The translations under genes were made by a program, and so were the position numbers. A model generated the notes under the pieces. The model saw only the letters and a program-made list of their open reading frames with translations, ran no database searches and was not told the DNA's origin. Positions 19,140-27,946 of a DNA stretch of 64,000 bases are shown here, in pieces. Location: sequence record PP496436.1; one strand, given 5' to 3'. Within the stretch, counting starts at the first letter, position 1. The number at the start of each line of letters is the position of its first letter.

Positions 19140-19174
19140 AAAACCCCACCGGTTCGCGCCGTGTGGGGTTTTTT
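19140..19174. terminator. Bidirectional intrinsic terminator
   Basis: AAAACCCCAC...GTGGGGTTTTTT between convergent genes. Confidence 0.85.
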
Positions 19175-19191
19175 GTGTCTGCGATTCAATC

Positions 19192-21978
19192 TTAGGCAAA
19201 GTCTTTCTGTGCCAGCACCAGTGGAACGCCGACAGTATCCAGTGCTATCTGGGTGAACTCCTTCAATTCTGATCTGGTCAGCTTCCGGCTCAGCATCACC
19301 CCATCGTGCTCTTGTGCCACCACGATGTCTTTGTGTCGCATGTTGAACTCTATCATCACCGCTTGCTCCATACCGCAGGTGATGAAGTGCAGCAGCTTCG
19401 ACTTCTCCTTTTGTGTCGTCCATCCATTCAGCAGCTTGTCCGTATAGAAGAATGCAACTGACCCTAGAGCATTGCGTACGCTCACTGCGCTGGCCGTCGC
19501 GTTGTCTGGATCAAGTCCAGCATCCTTGATTGATCTGGACAGCGACTTGTACAGGAAGTAGTTCTGCTTGGCGATCAGGTCTCGATTGACCGGCAGCTTG
19601 ACGTGTTCAGTTACCTTGTAGTAAGGGTGCGCAAGGATCATGCTGGGCAATGCCTGCATCGTCCTTATCACAGGAAAGATCAACCGGTTGGTGGTGTAGA
19701 TCAAAGCTATTGCCAGCTCCATCATCTTAATCTTGAGGGCTTGCACGTGGCTCTCGTTCAACTCCAGTTCAATCGGCGCAACAAGACCACGGATCAGTTT
19801 GTCGATGGTGTCGGGCACCACGGAAGATTTCAGGATGGACTCATGCGATGTCTTGAGGCTAGACCCGTACATGACGGACAGGAACATCAGCTTGCAGACT
19901 CCGTCGATAACCTGGATGAACTCCTTCTCCTTGCGCCACGTCTGGCCGGGCGTTTCCCCTGCGCTTTTCCATACCTGATGCAGCGCTAGTCGGTCATTCC
20001 ATCTTGACTCGCTTCCAGACCACTTCGGTGCACCGTATACCCCAGCTCTCCATGGGTTCCGTACCATGACCAGCGCCGACTCCAGCAGGCCTTTGAACCC
20101 GGAGTCCTCCATCTCAGTCAGCACATGATCCGTCCACGTCTTGGATTCGTACATTCCGAAGATGGTCAACGCGCTATCCACATCCCGGTCCGTGAGGAAC
20201 ACCTTGCCGTACTCGTCTATCGTCTCGACCAGTTCCTTGTGATATTTCTTGACCAGTCCGCCGATCAGCATCGGGTGGCAAGACTTGACGTCGTAGTTGA
20301 CGTACCCACTCTTGGTGAGGATCACCTGCTTGAGTTGATTGGGCAGCGAACCGAAACCCACTGGAGAGTTTATCCGGGGCGAGCGCAAGGTGGTGAAGTG
20401 ATGTGCACGGTGCATGACTATCTGGTTGTGGCGGTCGCTGCTCCCTTGCTGGCACCCCAAGTTCTCCGGATTGATCATGCGGGCCAACGTGCGGAAGGCA
20501 CCGGAGGATATGGCGTCACCCGAGGTGTGGTGCATCCAGCTCAGTTCCGCCAGCAGGTCGTTGACGGGTAAGCGTACACTCTTGGTGGACAGCATGCGGA
20601 TGTAGGCCTTTACGTTGACCGGTACAACTGGCCGGGTCGAAAGGTTTATGTTGTCACTGATCTCCTTGTACGTCGGGTTGTTCACCACACAAGACTGAAC
20701 CATTGAGACTCGGCGCATCATCGTGCACGCCTTGATCGGCACCTTCTTGTCGTGGAACATGTATAGCTTGCCCGGCTGGCCGGTGAGGTTGTCGTTCGCC
20801 ACCAGAGACTCGCCGTAGGGCAGCTGAGAACTGAATACCATTACGGCCTGCCCACGCTCGGCGAACGCATAGATCGCATTGGGCAGTACCCGGTTGCTAC
20901 CCTTCAGATTGGTCAGCCAGCGGCCCAACGGTTTCACGTCACGAGGCCGACCCATCAACCGCCCATGTAGGTAGGCGTCAACCTTATCCATGTACGAGTC
21001 AACGAACTGGGTGACCACGGGACCGGGTTCGAACGTGAACGTCTTGTGCTTCCAGTAGTCTGCCTCCGTGGTCACGGCCATCAGCCCCATGATCTCCAGC
21101 ACAGCGCGCACGGTGTCCCAGTGATAAGACGTCTGACCCTTCTTCGATCCTTCGATGTTCCGCCAGTTGATCAGGTTGTTGAACCTCTTTTCACCTTGAT
21201 GCGAGCCGAGCCCGTAGCCTTCCTTGACCTGATCCTTCTTGATCGCGAACTGGGTATCGTGGCTGTGATCCAGATCAACATGCAGGAACCGGGATACAGA
21301 CCGAGCATGGTTCAGTTCCATGGGGAACGCCAGCTTGTTGGTCAGGTCCTTGGGGTTGAACGCAGGGTTCCATTGAAAGCCGTCCTTCGAGGTTCCCTTG
21401 TGCACGGCGGACACCAGATGTCGGGCCATTGAGTCGCGGGAGTCGAAGTGGCCTTTGTCGTTCACCTTATCCAGCAGCATGGGGTACGCCACGACAAGGC
21501 GAGCGATCAGGAAGGCAAAGCAGTAGGCAGCAGACGGGCCGGGCGCACAGTTGCGCTCCGCCATCTTCTGGAGGAATGTCTCGTACTGATCAAGGATGAA
21601 GTAGCCCAGACCGGGCGTGACGGCGACCGGCAGGCCAACGACGCGGCTGTCCAGCCAGCTCTTGCCACTGGGGTACAGGTTGTGCTTGGGATTCAGCGAA
21701 GGTTCAACCACCATCATCCGCACGTAGGGCACATGGGCCTGAACCCATTCAACGTTGGATTGGTCTTTGGCTTCGGGGAAGTCACGGGTAGCTTCACCCA
21801 CCTTGGCGATGAGATCAGTATTGAACCGCCCTACATCCTTGACCTCGGGGGCCAGCGTAGGGTTCAACCGGGCGGTAGCCTTGATGATGGGTACTTGGTC
21901 ATACACTGGATACAAGTCTAGGGGCTTGGACAGTATGCCTGCATATTCCTTTTCCGAGAGTGGGGTGTAATCAGCCAT
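19192..21978 (-). CDS. Large protein with a C-terminal divergent family-A polymerase-like (TV-Pol-like) palm
   Basis: Motif A-like YVNYDVKSCHPML, motif B-like CKLMFLSVMYG, motif C-like MEQAVM...QEHDGVML. Confidence 0.55.
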   Translation of the reverse strand: MADYTPLSEKEYAGILSKPLDLYPVYDQVPIIKATARLNPTLAPEVKDVGRFNTDLIAKVGEATRDFPEAKDQSNVEWVQAHVPYVRMMVVEPSLNPKHNLYPSGKSWLDSRVVGLPVAVTPGLGYFILDQYETFLQKMAERNCAPGPSAAYCFAFLIARLVVAYPMLLDKVNDKGHFDSRDSMARHLVSAVHKGTSKDGFQWNPAFNPKDLTNKLAFPMELNHARSVSRFLHVDLDHSHDTQFAIKKDQVKEGYGLGSHQGEKRFNNLINWRNIEGSKKGQTSYHWDTVRAVLEIMGLMAVTTEADYWKHKTFTFEPGPVVTQFVDSYMDKVDAYLHGRLMGRPRDVKPLGRWLTNLKGSNRVLPNAIYAFAERGQAVMVFSSQLPYGESLVANDNLTGQPGKLYMFHDKKVPIKACTMMRRVSMVQSCVVNNPTYKEISDNINLSTRPVVPVNVKAYIRMLSTKSVRLPVNDLLAELSWMHHTSGDAISSGAFRTLARMINPENLGCQQGSSDRHNQIVMHRAHHFTTLRSPRINSPVGFGSLPNQLKQVILTKSGYVNYDVKSCHPMLIGGLVKKYHKELVETIDEYGKVFLTDRDVDSALTIFGMYESKTWTDHVLTEMEDSGFKGLLESALVMVRNPWRAGVYGAPKWSGSESRWNDRLALHQVWKSAGETPGQTWRKEKEFIQVIDGVCKLMFLSVMYGSSLKTSHESILKSSVVPDTIDKLIRGLVAPIELELNESHVQALKIKMMELAIALIYTTNRLIFPVIRTMQALPSMILAHPYYKVTEHVKLPVNRDLIAKQNYFLYKSLSRSIKDAGLDPDNATASAVSVRNALGSVAFFYTDKLLNGWTTQKEKSKLLHFITCGMEQAVMIEFNMRHKDIVVAQEHDGVMLSRKLTRSELKEFTQIALDTVGVPLVLAQKDFA

Positions 21979-22760
21979 TGGATAGCTCGCGTATTACCGG
22001 AGTGAATGGAATTGGACGTTATCAGCCCATTTACCAGACTATATACAGAGTATCTTATGGGGGTTAAAAAGGACCATCTTGCAATTATTTGGGTCATTAA
22101 TTCCCTTTCATACCCTAAACCTCTATCTGTGAATACGGGGGTAGTTAGCCCTAGATACATCCCTATTACCTGTGTATATTGCCCATGTAGACTCTATTCC
22201 CCTATCGGGAAGTATAACCTCGAAAAAGGTTCCTAGCTTGCATGGGCTGGCCCACCCACCCCCGTGGCCCACCCGACCGCCCGGTTAAGGCCATACCTAG
22301 GGATTCCTTTCTCCCAGAGGGACCCCCAGCCGCCCATCCTTCCCCTGCTCCTCCCTTTCCTTCATCATCTACACCCACCCAGCTATTGACTTACCATCTA
22401 GTGATCCTCCTTCCTCCAGCTTCTACATAGGCAGTTAGTTTCCCCATGCCTCTAAGTCCCTACGCTTCATCATGCACTTATGCTCTGTAGTACTGATTCC
22501 CCCACATGCCCGTGACTTATGCTCTGGTGTCAGTATTCCCAGCCTCCCAGGTGAAAAGGGTGACCCGGCTTCCTGCTATGGGTATGGGGTTGTCCGGGGA
22601 ATAGCGCCCGTGAATAGGGCTTCCAGGCGTGCGATATGGGGAGTTTTTCGGGGATGGATGAGTCAGTATGGCGGGGAATGGGGAATGTAGCGCCTGCGAG
22701 CTTGTAGGAGCCCGTGGTTATTGACTGGATATGCGGGACTGGGGCGGGGGTTTCCTGCGG
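21979..22760. other. Long non-coding region with an AT-rich part and a C-rich to G-rich strand switch
   Basis: No credible ORF. AT-rich about 22030-22230, C/T-rich about 22240-22540, G-rich about 22560-22760. Direct repeat ACTTATGCTCTG at 22476 and 22515. Confidence 0.6.
22029..22034 (-). promoter_or_regulatory. GTAAAT motif upstream of the polymerase-like gene
   Basis: GGTAAATG on the minus strand, about 50 nt before the start at 21978. Confidence 0.45.
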
Positions 22761-22798
22761 AGGTGAAAAAGCCCGCACGGCTTGGGACCGATACGGGC
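22761..22798 (-). terminator. Intrinsic terminator
   Basis: AGGTGAAAAAGCCCG...CGGGC, directly after the stop of 22806..23096. Confidence 0.7.
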
Positions 22799-22805
22799 TC
22801 TGGTA

Positions 22806-23096
22806 TTACTTGACGTACTCGGGATGTCTCACTTGCGGGTGACACACGAAGTCAATGGACTGCACGGGTAAGATGAGTGGCACCGTACCCTTATACTTGC
22901 GGATCAGCTGGGCGTATATCTCACCGTCCCACTTGCCCAGCTCATTCGCTTGACTAACTCTCTCATCTAGGGAGAGCCGGGTTGCCGCTGACCAGCAGTC
23001 TGACTTGGCTGTGGGTCCGTCGAACGTCTGGATCGGCGTGTAGCCGTTGTGCAACGCGGTGAAGACCGCGAGCATCAGGAAGTAACCCGTGTTCAT
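22806..23096 (-). CDS. Hypothetical protein with hydrophobic N-terminus
   Basis: 96 aa, starting MNTGYFLMLAVFTAL. Confidence 0.65.
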   Translation of the reverse strand: MNTGYFLMLAVFTALHNGYTPIQTFDGPTAKSDCWSAATRLSLDERVSQANELGKWDGEIYAQLIRKYKGTVPLILPVQSIDFVCHPQVRHPEYVK

Positions 23097-23932
23097 TTTA
23101 GTATCTCGATAGGTGGCTTCTTGGCGTTGGGGTTCGGACGGGGTTTACTGTCAGGGTTCAGGGTCGCCGGTTCCCTCCATTCGTACCTCGCCGGTCTTTC
23201 CTCTGTGCCCACGGTGTCGTCACCCGGCAATTCATCTATCAGCTTGTAGTAGCCAGTGGCCTGATCAATCGTGGGTTCCACATAGATCTTGGTGTGGATG
23301 GCCCCTTGCCTACTGACACATAACCTGCGAATGACCGGGTGTTCCTTAGTGCCGAACCTCGGCCCTCCAACCAGACTGGCTGTGTAATACGTCGGCCCCT
23401 CCGGTGGAATCTCTACGTATGTGCCGGGTACGTTCCCGTGATATAGCGGGGGATTAGTCTGCGTGCTGCCCGGCGTCACCGCATCTGGTCCGTCCGGCGT
23501 GCCTTTCATCTTCATGCGATACACGCGGATCATCTCATGCAGTTCGCCGCCCGGCTTTAACGCGTCTGGGTCATCCGCGTGAATGAAGGCCAGCATGTCG
23601 ATAGCGTCTACTTCAAAGCCTATCGCCTCAAACGGGATCAGCTGGAACTCCTGATACACGCCGGGGATCGGATCTTGCGGTCGGTACAACGCGACCACTC
23701 TTCCTTTGCCCGGCTCGACGCCGAGTACGCTTTCGTCTCGACCCACCCACATCTCACGTGATCCCGGCACACTAGCTGGCACGTGTTCGATAGTACCTTT
23801 CGGGTAGTGCGCGTTGAACGTGGCAGTGAAGCACCGCAGGTTGCCCTTGTAGCAGCGGAACGGTTTGGTCTCTCTGGCGTGGCGGGTCAGTGGGTTGCTC
23901 AATGGTGTAGATTGTTTGACGATCAGGCTCAT
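23093..23932 (-). CDS. Hypothetical protein
   Basis: 279 aa with AGAGGA RBS. Confidence 0.7.
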   Translation of the reverse strand: MSLIVKQSTPLSNPLTRHARETKPFRCYKGNLRCFTATFNAHYPKGTIEHVPASVPGSREMWVGRDESVLGVEPGKGRVVALYRPQDPIPGVYQEFQLIPFEAIGFEVDAIDMLAFIHADDPDALKPGGELHEMIRVYRMKMKGTPDGPDAVTPGSTQTNPPLYHGNVPGTYVEIPPEGPTYYTASLVGGPRFGTKEHPVIRRLCVSRQGAIHTKIYVEPTIDQATGYYKLIDELPGDDTVGTEERPARYEWREPATLNPDSKPRPNPNAKKPPIEILK

Positions 23933-23968
23933 GGTGTATGTTCCTCTTCGGGGTAGTGGGTGCTGCGG

Positions 23969-24289
23969 TTAGTCGTTGAACTCTGCTGGATCGAAGCCGA
24001 AACGTTCGCACCAGTCCCGGCGGCGCTCTACAATTTCACGTGCCTGCTCTTTGGAGTAGATGGCACAGCGGATCAGATCACGGATATCCCCCATGCGCTT
24101 CCACATGTGGAACCCTTGATAGAAATCATCAAGTGCCTGCGTGTGTTCCTTGATCAGCGACGTGATGTGGAAAGACGGTTGGGTCAGCTTCATCAGCTCG
24201 GCGTGGTCTTTCGCGAACTGGGCCAGCTTGTTGCTCACCCAGATGTCGGCTTTGACTTGCAGCAGGGCGTAGTTGGTGTCAGTGTTCAT
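23969..24289 (-). CDS. Hypothetical protein
   Basis: Start re-assigned to MNTDTN (GAGG RBS). Confidence 0.65.
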   Translation of the reverse strand: MNTDTNYALLQVKADIWVSNKLAQFAKDHAELMKLTQPSFHITSLIKEHTQALDDFYQGFHMWKRMGDIRDLIRCAIYSKEQAREIVERRRDWCERFGFDPAEFND

Positions 24290-24313
24290 GGTGTACCTCA
24301 TTGGGGTAGTGGA

Positions 24314-24847
24314 TTATTTCTTCATGCCTTGGCGCACGAACGTGAGTGGTTCGAAGGGTGGTCTCTCAAACCACGATACGGGGTTTGCTCTCTCCAATCC
24401 GGCACGCCACCCCAGATAAAAACTGGCGGTGACGATGGACTGACGACGGTTAGTTATCTCGATCCTTCCAGTTGCCATCAGCGTCTTGATGTCCACGAAA
24501 CCCGTACGCTCGACCTCGATGTCAACTTTGCTCCAGTGCTCCTTCGTCTTAGCGAAGTCGGATACAGCTTTCGGTTTGAACAATTTCTTGTCGGTGAAAT
24601 ACACGACGGGGTTGGTGATCTTACCCAGTGCACGGTCTGAGCGGCTGGTGTGATACCAAGCCTCATGAACTACGCTGGCAATGTCTCCCACCCCGATACG
24701 CGCAGCCAGGCATTGCCATACGGTCGGGGCAAAGCACACACGCAGCGTCTCAGCGCATTCGTCGCGGTTCCTGCCGATTGGCACCTTGGCCTTCAGGATG
24801 ACGTGCTTGCCTAGATCTTTCACGGACACGTGATAAAAGCGGGGCAT
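24314..24847 (-). CDS. Hypothetical protein, possibly ADP-ribosyltransferase-like fold
   Basis: N-terminal RFYHVS and RVCFAPT strands. The fold call is weak. Confidence 0.4.
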   Translation of the reverse strand: MPRFYHVSVKDLGKHVILKAKVPIGRNRDECAETLRVCFAPTVWQCLAARIGVGDIASVVHEAWYHTSRSDRALGKITNPVVYFTDKKLFKPKAVSDFAKTKEHWSKVDIEVERTGFVDIKTLMATGRIEITNRRQSIVTASFYLGWRAGLERANPVSWFERPPFEPLTFVRQGMKK

Positions 24848-24894
24848 GGTGTGGCTTCCTATTGGACAGTGGGGCGGCAGTGTGCCGCACGTGC

Positions 24895-24924
24895 ATGATA
24901 TCAGATGGGAACCATGGGTGTCAA
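24895..24924 (-). promoter_or_regulatory. Sigma70-type promoter
   Basis: Minus strand TTGACA-18 nt (ending TGA)-TATCAT. Confidence 0.7.
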
Positions 24925-24938
24925 CACCCGACCGACGC

Positions 24939-24976
24939 AGGTGAAAAAGCCCACGCAGCGGCTAGGCAGGTGGGCT
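24939..24976 (-). terminator. Intrinsic terminator
   Basis: AGGTGAAAAAGCCCAC...GTGGGCT. Confidence 0.75.
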
Positions 24977-24981
24977 TGAGG

Positions 24982-25272
24982 TCAAACGAGCTTCAATACT
25001 GGCCTTGGTTTTTCACCTACGTCAACGGACGCATGTAGTTCCAGATCAAGTGCGAGCCGTATTAAGTCCGAGTAGGGCTCTCGTGAGTGTGCCCAAACGT
25101 CTGGCAGTGTCGTGCGGTAGACGTGGACAACCGTGTGCAGCTCTTCCTTGGCGTAAACACCTGCCCGCATCAACTGAGTAACCCGTGCACGCACCTTGGG
25201 TGTGATCCACGTGATCAGATCCTCATACGTTCCGGTCCAGATCATCACCTGATGATTAACGCGCTTCGCCAC
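24982..25272 (-). CDS. Hypothetical protein (paralogue of 27052..27384)
   Basis: 96 aa with GAGG RBS. Motif similarity is described in the findings. Confidence 0.65.
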   Translation of the reverse strand: MAKRVNHQVMIWTGTYEDLITWITPKVRARVTQLMRAGVYAKEELHTVVHVYRTTLPDVWAHSREPYSDLIRLALDLELHASVDVGEKPRPVLKLV

Positions 25273-25597
25273 TGGACACCTCTTTGTTGGTCAGTATCCA
25301 GCCGATGCTCAGGACCAGACGTGGCCCATGGCACATAACCCTGTGTCGGTTGATGTCAGGACGGAACAGGTTGAAGCGACCCTTGATCTTGGCGTCCGGG
25401 CACTGGAACGCTGTAGTCGAACCTCGAAGCACGATGTTCAATCGCCAGTGTCTCTTGCCGGGAACTGGATCGGTATGCCATGAGATTCCTTGTTTGTCCA
25501 TGAACCGGATCAGGTACAGGTCACCATACCGGCACTGGAACAGCAGCATCTTGAGGTACTCCCCGCCACGACCTTGAACCCACGTGAACCATTTCAC
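25256..25597 (-). CDS. Small 2OG-Fe(II) oxygenase / cupin-like protein
   Basis: DLYLIRF...WHTDPV (HxD)...RLNIVL...RHRV (distal His). Confidence 0.55.
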   Translation of the reverse strand: MKWFTWVQGRGGEYLKMLLFQCRYGDLYLIRFMDKQGISWHTDPVPGKRHWRLNIVLRGSTTAFQCPDAKIKGRFNLFRPDINRHRVMCHGPRLVLSIGWILTNKEVSSGEAR

Positions 25598-25893
25598 GCT
25601 TCACGCTCGAACGACTGGGCCGGGCGAGTCTTAGGCAAGGATGTCCGCTTGCCCTTGGACACACGGTTGATGAAGGTGGAGTAACGCACAGTACCCCTTG
25701 GGTCCCACCCCGCGTCCTTGGCCTTCTTGGTCACGGCACGGAACTCTTCCATTTCCTTTTCCGTAACCTCGACGTAGCCGTCGCGCTTGGCGTCACGAAT
25801 GTTCTTCATATGGTCCTCACCGTCTTCAGGGCCGGACAACATTTGAACCATGCGGGTCTTGTGGTTGACGAAGTAACGTATCTTGGCGGGCAT
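25594..25893 (-). CDS. Hypothetical protein
   Basis: Start re-assigned to MPAKIRY, coupled to the upstream TAA. Confidence 0.65.
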   Translation of the reverse strand: MPAKIRYFVNHKTRMVQMLSGPEDGEDHMKNIRDAKRDGYVEVTEKEMEEFRAVTKKAKDAGWDPRGTVRYSTFINRVSKGKRTSLPKTRPAQSFEREA

Positions 25894-26222
25894 TATTTGG
25901 TTTCTCCTGCTACTGACTCGATGGCAATGATCTCTGCACCGATGAGCAGGCTCTTCAGCCATTCTTCACCACGTTCCTCTTCGTCCTCGATTCGGACGTC
26001 TCCCATCATAATGAATGGGCAGTCATTGTGCGTCTCGAGCTTGTCAAAGACTGTGTTTACGGCGGCGTCGATAACATCCCAGCCGGTGCAGTTGCCCCCG
26101 ATCTTTACTTGCATCTCGGCGCGAAGCAATCCCGATGCGAAGGTCAATATAACGGTTTGGGTAACCTTGCCGCCGAACATTGCGAGAAAAGATCCGAGCT
26201 GTTCGTGATCATAGTTCAACAT
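25893..26222 (-). CDS. Hypothetical protein
   Basis: 109 aa, translationally coupled to its neighbours. Confidence 0.65.
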   Translation of the reverse strand: MLNYDHEQLGSFLAMFGGKVTQTVILTFASGLLRAEMQVKIGGNCTGWDVIDAAVNTVFDKLETHNDCPFIMMGDVRIEDEEERGEEWLKSLLIGAEIIAIESVAGETK

Positions 26223-27046
26223 TAGTCTGTCCTCTTGATATTACCGGGTAGGGTGTAGGACCACGGCTTGACATAATCTGCCGGGCGGGTGTAGCCTATC
26301 AGGTCTTCACCTTCGTAAGGGCCATACTTCCATGGGTCAGTAATCTCTGCGCGTTCAAACCCGATGGACTCGTATAGCTTGATCGCACCTTCGTTGTCCG
26401 GGTCCACGTTGAGATGATGGGGCAAACCTTGGGTAAGTTCCCAAGACAGCAGGAATTCCAGCATGCCTGTGGCAACACCGCGACGGCGGTAATCAGGGTC
26501 AACGCTGATCTCCTTGACAAAGCACGCGTCCACCTTCTCGCTGTCCTCGTCTTCTTTGAACATCACAACGTCCATCAGCCCAACGACCTTGTTGTGCGCG
26601 GTCACGGTCACCCGTATCTCTTCCTGATCCGGAATATCCCCGCTCCAGCCATTCCATCTGGCCATGGTCACGGTGTACAGATTGTGTTGCCCGTCGTGCT
26701 TGGGACTGTGCACCTGATGCAGTGCCCGTGCATTCTTCAACTCCATCTTGGCGCTGGGCTTGATGACCGGTAATTCCAGATGTTTGATTTCCTTTTCAAG
26801 CATGATACCAATCTCGGAGTCTTTCGCTTTCTTGTCTTTGATGGTGGCTCGGTACACTGTGTCTGTGTCCGTGTTGTAAACACCCACCTTATCCGTCATC
26901 ACCGTAATAGACGGCACAGCGGACCAGATGTACTCTTTGCAATGAGCTTTATCCGGGAATGCGAAGCCAACGGACTTGCCGTCTACAATGACCAGCCACG
27001 GGCAATGGCCGGGATGCGGAAACCGAAGGATCTTTTGTGTGGGCAT
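26222..27046 (-). CDS. GNAT-family acetyltransferase (C-terminal domain) with N-terminal extension
   Basis: ISVDPDYRRRGVATGML and VDPDNEGAIKLYESIGF. Confidence 0.85.
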   Translation of the reverse strand: MPTQKILRFPHPGHCPWLVIVDGKSVGFAFPDKAHCKEYIWSAVPSITVMTDKVGVYNTDTDTVYRATIKDKKAKDSEIGIMLEKEIKHLELPVIKPSAKMELKNARALHQVHSPKHDGQHNLYTVTMARWNGWSGDIPDQEEIRVTVTAHNKVVGLMDVVMFKEDEDSEKVDACFVKEISVDPDYRRRGVATGMLEFLLSWELTQGLPHHLNVDPDNEGAIKLYESIGFERAEITDPWKYGPYEGEDLIGYTRPADYVKPWSYTLPGNIKRTD

Positions 27047-27051
27047 GACAC

Positions 27052-27384
27052 TTACCTCGAAGGGGCAGGGGATTTGATTGGTGTCACCAGCTTAAGACCG
27101 GTCGAACTGGCATTAAGACGTGGGACCGGGTTGATGGTCATCTTGGTCAACGGTGTCAATCCCAGCACACGGACTACTTCTTCCGGCAGCTCGGCACGCG
27201 TCCACACAACTACGTCTGGAGACACAGTGGACATCACGTAGATGGGCAAGTCATTGATCGCCCGTGCTTCCACTCGGTGCACGGTCTTCAGCCGGTCCAG
27301 TGCTTCTTTGGTCAGAAAGGTGGTGAGTGACTCGACGCTACCCATCCAGGTCATGATGGGGATGTTGCGACTAGTAGAATTCAT
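27052..27384 (-). CDS. Hypothetical protein (paralogue of 24982..25272)
   Basis: 110-aa ORF in the operon. Confidence 0.65.
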   Translation of the reverse strand: MNSTSRNIPIMTWMGSVESLTTFLTKEALDRLKTVHRVEARAINDLPIYVMSTVSPDVVVWTRAELPEEVVRVLGLTPLTKMTINPVPRLNASSTGLKLVTPIKSPAPSR

Positions 27385-27590
27385 TGTTCAATCCCTTGAT
27401 CGAGTGGAGTTTCAAGTCTGGCGATAACCGAGTTCAACCAGATGATGCGGTTGTTGTAGCGCTGTTTCAGACGGCCTACCGGTGGATTATTCCCTTGCAG
27501 CACCCCGCACATTCTTTGCAGCTCAAGGCGAAGGGAAGCAATAGCCTGCTCGACGTGATTGCGGTCAGGATTAGAGTTCTCAGTGCTCAT
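27381..27590 (-). CDS. Hypothetical protein
   Basis: 69 aa with AAGGA RBS. Confidence 0.6.
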   Translation of the reverse strand: MSTENSNPDRNHVEQAIASLRLELQRMCGVLQGNNPPVGRLKQRYNNRIIWLNSVIARLETPLDQGIEQ

Positions 27591-27604
27591 GTATCTTTCC
27601 TTTA

Positions 27605-27946
27605 TTACGGTTGGGTCAATGCAGATTCAAGTTTCTTGTAGCATGCTGCGACGATGCCTCTGGACATGCGGTCAGCCGCCCAAGAGTTTTGTAGCAGCAA
27701 GTGACTGTAGTGGAACAGATCACCTTGGAGCAACAAGTCGGACAGCTCCATCCGGTTGGCCAGATGAATAGAATAGTCCTCGTCTGCCAGATCCGCCACC
27801 TTCGGACCCCACGTGGCAATCACAGCATCGAGATTGGTTGGAACGACGGCCAGTGTCAGCACCGTCTCTCCCTTCACAACACGCAGTCCCGCCAGCGTCT
27901 TGCTCACATACCGTTCAATGGTGATGCTCATATCAGATGTCCGCAA
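27605..27946 (-). CDS. Hypothetical protein
   Basis: 113 aa. Start uncertain. Confidence 0.6.
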   Translation of the reverse strand: MRTSDMSITIERYVSKTLAGLRVVKGETVLTLAVVPTNLDAVIATWGPKVADLADEDYSIHLANRMELSDLLLQGDLFHYSHLLLQNSWAADRMSRGIVAACYKKLESALTQP

